Shown here: positions 1-7,256 of the stretch, one piece after another
Layout: every line of letters begins with the position of its first letter
How positions within the stretch are numbered: the first letter of the stretch is position 1
Assembly (NCBI GenBank): GCA_964435735.1
Contig: CAYSZZ010000015.1
Location: 5,002 to 69,001 of the forward strand
Reading direction: 5' to 3'
DNA: 64,000 nt
DNA from: an uncultured Propionibacteriaceae bacterium
GTDB lineage: Bacteria > Actinomycetota > Actinomycetes > Propionibacteriales > Propionibacteriaceae
Position numbers and translations under genes: made by a program
The notes under the pieces: generated by a model
Seen by the model: only the letters and a program-made list of their open reading frames with translations
Told to the model about the DNA's origin: nothing
Databases searched by the model: none

Positions 1-1
1 T

Positions 2-976
2 CCCCTGCAGCGTTGCTTCGTAGCGGTCGTAAGCGGCGACGATCCGCCCCACCAGCTTGTGCCGGACGACATCGTGCCTGGTGAGCGTGCAGAAGGCGAT
101 GTCCTGCACCCCGTCCAGGATCTCGCCCACCGCCCGGAGCCCGCTGCGCGTGCCGGAGGGCAGGTCCACCTGTGTGGCGTCGCCGGTGATGACCATCTTC
201 GAGTTGAATCCCAGGCGCGTCAGGAACATCTTCATCTGCTCCATGGACGTGTTCTGGGCCTCGTCCAGGATGATGAAGGCATCGTTGAGCGAGCGTCCGC
301 GCATGAAGGCCAGCGGGGCGACCTCGATGGTCCCGGCCGTCAGCAGCCGCGGGATGCTCTAGGGGTCGAGCATGACGTGCAGGGCGTCGTAGAGGGGTCG
401 CAGGTAGGGGTCGATCTTGTCGTTCAGCGTGCCGGGCAGAAAGCCCAGTCGCTCGCCGGCCTCGATCGCCGGGCGGGTGAGGATGATCCGGTTGACCTCC
501 TTGGCCTGCAGCGCCTGGACGGCTTTGGCGACCGCCAGGTAGGTCTTGCCGGTGCCGGCCGGGCCGATGCCGAAGACGACGGTGTGCGCGTCGATCGCGT
601 CCACGTAACGCTTCTGGTTGAGCGTCTTGGGACGAATCGTCTTCCCGCGGCTGGAGAGGATGTTCGCGGTGAGCACCTCGGCGGCGGGGACGTCGTGGTT
701 GACCATGCCGACGACTCGCTCGACCGCGTCGGCGGTGAGCCCTTGGCCGGTGCGGACGATGGTGATCAGTTCGGTGAGCACGTCGGCGCCCGCCGTCACC
801 GCGGCCGGATCGCCCGCGAGGGTGATCTCGTTGCCCCGGACGTGCACGTCCGCGTCGAGTGCGTTCTCCAGGATCTTCAGGAACTCGTCGCGCGGCCCGA
901 GCACCGACACCATGTTGATGGACGCGGGTACGGCGACCCGACGTTCGGCCGTGGCGACTGTTAGCGGCTGGTTCAG
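2..976 (-). pseudogene. phoH: PhoH-family ATPase (PhoH/YbeZ) interrupted by one in-frame TAG at 359-361; frame stays open to the window edge
   Basis: Walker A GPAGTGKT and RPAIEAGERLGFLPG in ORF 359-913. Manual translation past the TAG continues in frame as [37 protein letters not shown]...[17 protein letters not shown]...[12 protein letters not shown], the conserved PhoH C-terminal half. Probable CTG start at 976 after AGGAGG (981-986). Real pseudogene versus sequencing error cannot be resolved. Confidence 0.85.
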
Positions 977-1205
977 CGGTCCTCCTGTGCAATGAGAACG
1001 CTCAGTCTACCCGGGTGCACCGACACCGGACATGCCGGGTCGGGGACGCCCCTGGTCAGGCTGCTCCAGAGCGGGATCGGACGGCCGCCGTCCGGACCGG
1101 GCGTGGGGCGGCAGGTGAGCGCGCCACCAGGCCGGAACAGAGGCCCCCGTCCGGATCGGGAGTGGGACGGCGCCCAAGGGCTCAGTCCCACGGCATGCTG
1201 GAGCC

Positions 1206-2030
1206 ATGGGCAAGGCCGAGACGGTCCCGGTCACCCCGGCGAAGCCGGCCGGGGTGGCGGCGATGGTGCTGGTGAGCGTCAGCGCCGTGCCGCTGATCGC
1301 CCTGCAGCAGTTCTGGATCGGGTTGGGCGTGCTGCTCGCCGGCCTCGGGCTGGCGCTGGTGGTCGACCGGGTGCTGGTCCGCTCGCTGGCGCCGGTCGGC
1401 ATCGGGCTGACGTTGCTGGGCGCCACCCCGCTGGAGGCCGATCTCTCCGATCTGGGCATGCTGCGCTTCACGCTCATCCTGGGGGCGGCGGTGATCGTCC
1501 CGACGCTGCTGGCCCGCCGGCTGGTGGCCCCCGACGCCATCACCTTCCCGGTGCGCGGCACCCGGTGGACGACCTCGCGCTGGGTGTATCTGGTCGCGGT
1601 GATCGTGATCGGCTACCTGGTGTTGCCGTTCTACTTCATCGGATCGGGCACCTACGCCAACTGGCCGGCGGTCTCCGGTGCCAACGAGATCGCGCGACTG
1701 TTCATCGGTGTCAACGCGGTAGGCATCTGGGACGAGTTGTTCTTCGTCTGCATCGTCTTCACGCTCTTCCGTCGCCACGTGCCGCTGTGGGCGGCCAACC
1801 TGCTGCAGGCGACCATCTTCGTGTCGTTCCTGTGGGAACTCGGCTACCGCGCCTGGGGTCCGGCCCTCACCATTCCGTTCGCGCTGGTGCAGGGCTGGAT
1901 CTTCGCCGCCACCGCCTCACTGGGCTATGTGGTGACCGTCCACCTGATCTTCGACGCGATCATCTTCATGATCCTGGTGCACGCCCACAATCCAGAGCTG
2001 TTCGACATCTTCGTCACGATCCCCGGCTGA
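1206..2030 (+). CDS. CPBP/Abi-family (CAAX-like) intramembrane glutamic endopeptidase
   Basis: Multiple TM helices; GIWDELFF (variant of the EE motif), F-x-x-x-W-E and C-terminal HLIFD motifs; CATGCT-N6-ATG leaderless signature. Confidence 0.75.
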   Translation: MGKAETVPVTPAKPAGVAAMVLVSVSAVPLIALQQFWIGLGVLLAGLGLALVVDRVLVRSLAPVGIGLTLLGATPLEADLSDLGMLRFTLILGAAVIVPTLLARRLVAPDAITFPVRGTRWTTSRWVYLVAVIVIGYLVLPFYFIGSGTYANWPAVSGANEIARLFIGVNAVGIWDELFFVCIVFTLFRRHVPLWAANLLQATIFVSFLWELGYRAWGPALTIPFALVQGWIFAATASLGYVVTVHLIFDAIIFMILVHAHNPELFDIFVTIPG

Positions 2031-2037
2031 CCCCACG

Positions 2038-2074
2038 CCGCTCGTCGACCGTTGAGCTCATGGTCGAGAGGCGG
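2038..2074. terminator. Imperfect hairpin between convergent genes (possible terminator or REP remnant)
   Basis: TCGACC 2045-2050 / GGTCGA 2062-2067 with outer CCGC/GCGG arms; no U-tract. Confidence 0.3.
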
Positions 2075-2076
2075 GC

Positions 2077-3198
2077 TCAGGCCGACTTCCTGGCGACGTC
2101 CCAGTTGCCGCCGGCGCCGTAGACGGTCTTGGTCGCGGTGACGACCTTGGAGCGATAGACCGAGGCCGGCATCTCGAACCAGAACTTGAACTCACCGCTG
2201 CCGCCCTTCCAGGCGGCGGGCGGTTCGATGGTGAAGGTCGCGGTGCAGGAGTAGGTGGCCGAAGGCCCCGACCCGGACTCCAGCGTCATCGAGCCGCACG
2301 GGTAGGACTGCCAGCCGTTGTAGTACGGCGTCTTCTCGGTGTTGTGCAGGTTCACCTCGACCCACACCGCGGCGTCGCCCGGACGTAGGCCGGTAACGGT
2401 GAAGGTGTTCTTCCAGCCGTGGTCGTCGAGCTGCTTGCGGGTGACCTTCCCGCCGAGCGGGGGCGGCGGCTCAGGAGGCGGTTCGGAGGTCGGCGTTGCC
2501 GTGGTCCTGGTCGGCGACGGCTGGGGAGTCGGCGTTGCCGAGGGTCCGGGCGGTGTGGTCGGCGTGGGCTTGTCGGTCCTGGTCGGGGAGGGTGTCGGCG
2601 TCGGCGACGGCGTCGATGGCTTCGTCTGAGTCGGAGTGGGAGTCGGAGTGGGAGTCGGAGTGGGAGTCGGAGTGGGAGTCGGAGCTTGCTCGGTTGGCGT
2701 CGAAATCGCCGTCGGCGTTGGCGTGGGCGTCGCCTCGGGCGCGGGTGTCGGTGTGTCGGCGGGCCGCGGCGGCTGTGGGACCGCGAACGGTCCGACCACG
2801 GTCAGGCTCGACTTCCGGGTGGCCGCCACCGCGCTGCCCCGATACACGGTGACCTCGACCTGGTACTCGCCGATCGGTGCTGCCCACGGTGCGGATGCCC
2901 AGTGCAACAGGGCGGCGTCCTTGCCCTGGCCGCTGGTCTCCAGTTCGGTGTCGGTGAGCACGACCGCCTGCTGACCGTCCCGAGTCAGCACCAGGGAGAT
3001 CGCGGTGGCGCCGGCGATGTCGGTGTGGGTGGTGACGGTGAGATCCCCGGTGAAGACCCGACCGGCAGCGACCGGGTAGTCGAACCACACCTGCGCACCG
3101 GGATCGGCCCGCGGCCAGAAGGCGAGGGCCGCGCTGGCGGCCAGGGCGGCACCGGCGACCACGGACGCGGTCACTGACGCGACAGCGGTGAACTGCAT
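2077..3198 (-). CDS. Hypothetical exported/membrane-anchored protein: N-terminal hydrophobic helix, beta-rich domain, ~110-aa Pro/Thr linker, C-terminal beta-rich domain
   Basis: 373-aa ORF; hydrophobic N-terminus; (PT)n linker; last gene of the 7157-2077 minus-strand operon (9-bp gap after the upstream gene). Confidence 0.75.
   Translation of the reverse strand: MQFTAVASVTASVVAGAALAASAALAFWPRADPGAQVWFDYPVAAGRVFTGDLTVTTHTDIAGATAISLVLTRDGQQAVVLTDTELETSGQGKDAALLHWASAPWAAPIGEYQVEVTVYRGSAVAATRKSSLTVVGPFAVPQPPRPADTPTPAPEATPTPTPTAISTPTEQAPTPTPTPTPTPTPTPTPTQTKPSTPSPTPTPSPTRTDKPTPTTPPGPSATPTPQPSPTRTTATPTSEPPPEPPPPLGGKVTRKQLDDHGWKNTFTVTGLRPGDAAVWVEVNLHNTEKTPYYNGWQSYPCGSMTLESGSGPSATYSCTATFTIEPPAAWKGGSGEFKFWFEMPASVYRSKVVTATKTVYGAGGNWDVARKSA
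2628..2684. repeat. 12-bp tandem repeat GAGTCGGAGTGG x4.75 encoding (PT)n
   Basis: Four exact units at 2628, 2640, 2652 and 2664 plus a 9-bp partial unit. Confidence 0.9.
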
Positions 3199-3207
3199 CG
3201 GCGCTCC

Positions 3208-6200
3208 CTACCAGTAGGTCCGGATCGGGCGGGTGTCGAGGACATACCCGGCGTTGGCTGCCACATTCGCGCCGTACCGCGGCGCGTCCAAGGCCAGGGT
3301 GCTGTCGAAGCAGGGCGAGTCGACCGCGATGTGCAGGTAGGGCGCGCCGGCTGCCGCCGGGACCACCTCTCGGACGTTCGCCGACGCGGGTTCGATCCAC
3401 CAGGTGGCGCCGTTGGTCGCGGAGTAGGGGGCATGACTGGCCGGGATGACCAGCTCGGTCGTCCAGTCCGCGATCACCAGCTTGCCGGTCAGCGAACGCT
3501 TCGGGGCCTTCGCCTGCAGCACTCCCTCCAGCGGCAACAGGCGACGAGTGCTGCCGTCCTCGGTGATCTCGACGTTCGCCACGAACGGACAGGAGAGCGA
3601 GCGGACCAGTGCATCCGGATCGGTGCGGGGCGCGCTGATCCGGAGGGTGGGCTGGGAGTTGCCCACCGGCGCCAGCAGCAGGCCGGGCACCGCGGGCTCG
3701 CCGGTGTAGGCAGCCATGATCTGTCCCTGCCGGTGCGCGTCCATCGCCATCACGGACTTCGCCATCACGTTGGCGATCGCGGCGCATCCGGAGATCGTGC
3801 CGCCGGAGTTGGTCGCGACCGCGAGATCGGAGGCATCGATCCCCTGGCTGGTCGCGACCCCGTTGAGGATCGCCATGCCACCGGCGCTCAGGGTGAAGGT
3901 GTCACAGCTCAGGCCCAGGCTCTTCAGCAGCTGATCGAGCGAGACCTGGATGAGTGCGCTGAGGTCCCCCTCGGCGGCCGCGAGCGCCTGCGTGGAGTTG
4001 GGGAGGCTGGGCGGCGCACCGGTGTAGTAGGTGAAGGCCGCGCTCCCGACCGCATAGAAGGCGCCATTGCAGGTGTCGACCGCCTTCTGCGAGGCCAAAC
4101 CCATGGTGGCGCAGATCGGGTTGAGCGCCTCGACCACCTTCCACACCTGGGTGAAGACAGCGTTGTAGACGCTCGCGATGGCGTCCCACGCCTGTTTGAC
4201 CAGGGCGTAGAAGTTCGGGTCGACGGCGGACGCCAGGCCCAGCCCGAGTCCGGCGAAGGCGCCCACCAGCGCACCGTACGGCCCGCCGACGACGAACCCC
4301 TGCAGAGCGCCGTAGGCGATCATCGAGATGATGCAGCCCAACCCGCACTCCTGGGCCGCCCGCTGAGCCTTGATGGCACTCTGCTCTCGTTTGTTGTCGG
4401 CCGCATGGTCGAGGCAGTAGATGACGTCCCCGGACGGCCAGGCCTGTTTGGCCACGGTCAGGTCGGACATGCCCGAGTCGGGGATCCGCGGGTACATGTC
4501 CGGGTTCGCGCCGAGCGGGATGGCGGCGTAGGTCTTGCCGTCCGGCCCGCGGTAGTTCCACGAGCCCGGGTACATCGCGTAGGTGTCCGCCTTCGGGTAC
4601 CGCACCACCGCGTGGCAGGGCGGCATCGCGGAGGTGGCTGCCCCCGTGAAGCGATCGGTGGTCGAGGCCGCGTACACATCCGGCAGGACGCGGCCGGGCA
4701 TGAGACTGAGCTGGGGGTTGGCGATGGACGGGTGATCGCCCGCGAACAGGGTCGGCAGCTGGATGACGGCGCTGGCCGAGGCCGCGCCGGCCGGCACCAG
4801 GGCGCCGGTCACGGTCGTGGTCGCGGTGACGGCGCGGACGTAGACGGTGTCGATCAGACTGCGTCCCTCCAGCAGCCGCTGGCGGGCGATCCCCCAGGCG
4901 ACCTCGTCGGTCAGCGACAGCTTGTCCACCTCGTCCAGGCTCTCCGGCGTCACCTTCGCCGAGTGCCACGCCCACGGGTCGATCACCAGCGATCCGTCGG
5001 CGGCGGCACGCTCGGTGCGGAAGACGCCGGGCAGGTTCATCCCTGCCGATCCGGCCGTCAGCGGCAGGTAGGAGAACTGGTAGTACACATCGCCGGCCGC
5101 GCCGGCCTCGACGGCGTCGGTGCTGAACCGGATGTCGACCGGCTCCTGCTGCTGGGCGTAGAAGGCGATGCCCGGCGGCGGCGTGCTCAACTGAATCATC
5201 TTCGTGAAGGAGGTGACCGAGGTGTTGGCGCCGGTGCCCGGTACGGCCTGCGCGTCGATGGTCAGCGTCAGCGTGGTCGCGCCACCGGGTGCCCCCGGGA
5301 CGACCGGTCCCACCGGGGCGCACTCCCCCGCGCTGCCGGAACCGCCCTGGGCGCCCAGGTGCGATGTGTCGGCCCGGCAGAAGTGACCCGACGCCACCGG
5401 GCCCTCGCCGCGGCTGCCGCTCCACACTTCGAGGTCGATCTGGTCGTAGGCGGTCAGGTTCAGGTACGGCCGCAGGTCGGTCAGCGCGGTCGATGAGCCG
5501 TTGAGGTAGCTGCCCTCCTGCAGCGGCACCCGCTGCCAAGGGCCCTTGTCGACCGCGATGTAGGCATAGGGCTGCGGGATCGAGTAGTCGGTGAGCATCA
5601 AGCCACCGGTGACGTAGGCGTCGCCCGTCCAGCCGTCGCGGGCGCAGGCGTCCGGGATCGTCACCATGATCGGGAACGACGGCTTCGCCTCCGATGCGGC
5701 GGAGGCCGGCGGGTAGCCGACCAGCATCGTCGGCCCGATCGGGAGGGTGGTCAGGCGCAGTTCTCCGCCCGCGGGCAGCTCGCCCAACGCCACCAGCCCT
5801 GGGCCGCCGTAGATCCGCAGGTCGGATGCCAGCTCGGCGGTCACGATCACGTCGCAGCCGTCCACCACCGCGTTGAGGTAGCTGAGCTCGTCGTCCGACA
5901 GCGTCCGCGGGAGCTTCACCTGGTCCCTCGGTGGCACGGTGCCGGTCACCAGCGTCCCCAACGGCAGCGGAGCCTGGGCCATCGTCGTCCCATCCGCCGA
6001 CACCAGGGACGCCGCATCGACACCCAGCCGGTCGCCGATACTGGCCAGGCTCTCCCCGGGAGCAGAGGAGAGCCGCAAGCCCGGCCACAACCCGGCGCCG
6101 TCGGCATTCTCCGCGGTGAAGTCACCGAGATCCGCGGGCAGATCAAGAGCGGGGATCGCCACCGGCGCGGTCTGCGCCATGCGACCGGCGGTGTCGTAGG

Positions 6201-6627
6201 CCCGCGCCAGCGCCAGGTGTCCGCCGGCTGTCATCGGCACCAGGTCCATCGCGAACCGCACCTGCCCGGTGGCTGAGCCGGCCACCGCGTCCAGGTCGTC
6301 GAGTTCGTAGACCAGCCGGCCGTCCTGCCAGAGCTCGACCCGGTCAAGTTCGGCATCGGGAGGTCCGGAGACCATCAGGGTCACGGGCTGCCCCCGGCTC
6401 ACCATCGGCGAGGACGCCGCCAGCAGGTCGAGTGCGAAGTCGCTCGGCGCGGGCTCCCCCAGCACGACCGGCTTCGGCGAGGGCCGCTCGGCGGGCCGTC
6501 CGGTCAGGTAGACCACCGCCGCCAGGGTCACCATGGCGAGCGCCAGCAGGCTGGCGACCATCGCCGTCCAGGGCGAGCCGAGGAAGCTGCTGGGACGTCC
6601 CGGACGGGCCGGAGTGGCAGTTGTCAC
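3208..6627 (-). CDS. Large (1139 aa) hypothetical membrane-anchored exported protein: TM anchor, Ig-like domain, degenerate LysM-like segment, beta-rich repeats, Cys-flanked Gly-rich hydrophobic hairpin
   Basis: Long ORF with GC3-rich codon usage; TM at aa ~20-42; VELWQDGRLV...GGHLALARAYDTAGRMAQTAPVAI resembles bacterial Ig-like domains; GTG start overlaps the upstream TGA. Confidence 0.8.
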   Translation of the reverse strand: MTTATPARPGRPSSFLGSPWTAMVASLLALAMVTLAAVVYLTGRPAERPSPKPVVLGEPAPSDFALDLLAASSPMVSRGQPVTLMVSGPPDAELDRVELWQDGRLVYELDDLDAVAGSATGQVRFAMDLVPMTAGGHLALARAYDTAGRMAQTAPVAIPALDLPADLGDFTAENADGAGLWPGLRLSSAPGESLASIGDRLGVDAASLVSADGTTMAQAPLPLGTLVTGTVPPRDQVKLPRTLSDDELSYLNAVVDGCDVIVTAELASDLRIYGGPGLVALGELPAGGELRLTTLPIGPTMLVGYPPASAASEAKPSFPIMVTIPDACARDGWTGDAYVTGGLMLTDYSIPQPYAYIAVDKGPWQRVPLQEGSYLNGSSTALTDLRPYLNLTAYDQIDLEVWSGSRGEGPVASGHFCRADTSHLGAQGGSGSAGECAPVGPVVPGAPGGATTLTLTIDAQAVPGTGANTSVTSFTKMIQLSTPPPGIAFYAQQQEPVDIRFSTDAVEAGAAGDVYYQFSYLPLTAGSAGMNLPGVFRTERAAADGSLVIDPWAWHSAKVTPESLDEVDKLSLTDEVAWGIARQRLLEGRSLIDTVYVRAVTATTTVTGALVPAGAASASAVIQLPTLFAGDHPSIANPQLSLMPGRVLPDVYAASTTDRFTGAATSAMPPCHAVVRYPKADTYAMYPGSWNYRGPDGKTYAAIPLGANPDMYPRIPDSGMSDLTVAKQAWPSGDVIYCLDHAADNKREQSAIKAQRAAQECGLGCIISMIAYGALQGFVVGGPYGALVGAFAGLGLGLASAVDPNFYALVKQAWDAIASVYNAVFTQVWKVVEALNPICATMGLASQKAVDTCNGAFYAVGSAAFTYYTGAPPSLPNSTQALAAAEGDLSALIQVSLDQLLKSLGLSCDTFTLSAGGMAILNGVATSQGIDASDLAVATNSGGTISGCAAIANVMAKSVMAMDAHRQGQIMAAYTGEPAVPGLLLAPVGNSQPTLRISAPRTDPDALVRSLSCPFVANVEITEDGSTRRLLPLEGVLQAKAPKRSLTGKLVIADWTTELVIPASHAPYSATNGATWWIEPASANVREVVPAAAGAPYLHIAVDSPCFDSTLALDAPRYGANVAANAGYVLDTRPIRTYW

Positions 6628-7157
6628 TCAGTTACCTTGAAGGTCAGGCAGTACACCCCGACGATCTCGTGGTCGGTGGCGCCGTTCGTGACACCGAGGA
6701 TCGCGAAGCCTGGACGATCGGCGGCGTCCGACCAGAAGACATCCTTGCTGGAGCCCCACTCATTGGCGCCGAGGTCCTCGAGGAAGACGCCGCCCATCGC
6801 GATGGCGTCGCCGGCCTGATTGACGTAGTACAGGTCGATGTCCGGGTCGTACTCCTGCGGCTCGGCAAAGGTCCAGGAGACCGGATTGTCCGCGCCACCG
6901 AACACCTGGCCCTCGGCCGGCGCCTTGGTGATCACCGGCGAACTGAACAGGTCGAAGCCCTCCTGCGGCACCGTGGGGCAGGCGCCGCCAGCGTCTCCGG
7001 ATCCGCCCTCGGTGGCTTGGCCGGGCTCAGCGGTCGGCCCCGGCTGGCTGGTCTCCTCGCCCGGCGCCGGGGCGGGCACCGACGGGGCGCAGCCCATCGT
7101 CCAGCAGGTGAGGGCGACAACGAAAGAGGCGGCCAGCGCCCGGCGCACAGCGATCAT
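6624..7157 (-). CDS. Putative lipoprotein, 177 aa
   Basis: Basic N-terminus, hydrophobic core, lipobox-like TMG-C (Cys23), then a Pro/Glu-rich linker and a small beta domain with two Cys; CACACT-N6-ATG leaderless start. Confidence 0.75.
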   Translation of the reverse strand: MIAVRRALAASFVVALTCWTMGCAPSVPAPAPGEETSQPGPTAEPGQATEGGSGDAGGACPTVPQEGFDLFSSPVITKAPAEGQVFGGADNPVSWTFAEPQEYDPDIDLYYVNQAGDAIAMGGVFLEDLGANEWGSSKDVFWSDAADRPGFAILGVTNGATDHEIVGVYCLTFKVTE

Positions 7158-7192
7158 GGTCGCAGTGTGATGCCCGTTGGCACCGCAAGACA

Positions 7193-7251
7193 GTAGGGAT
7201 TCTGCGTGCTCGCGCAGGATCCCACGTGGCGACCGTGAGAAATCTTGCGTA
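7193..7251 (-). promoter_or_regulatory. Two imperfect direct repeats upstream of the lipoprotein operon, candidate LuxR-family activator sites
   Basis: Minus strand CACGCAGAATCCCTAC (7193-7208) and TACGCAAGATTTCTCAC (7235-7251), centred about -43 and -86 from the putative leaderless start at 7157; an 11-bp inverted repeat 7196-7206/7213-7223 also lies here. Confidence 0.35.
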
Positions 7252-7256
7252 CCCGG

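Noticed and set aside
359-361. Pyrrolysine or amber reassignment at the phoH TAG
   Set aside because: The position corresponds to a Glu in homologues, no pyl genes are in the window, and many genes here use TAG as a true stop.
2419-2852. Repetitive peptides SRSGSRSG / ESEWESEW / GVGVGV
   Set aside because: Alternative frames of the same 12-bp PT-linker repeat.
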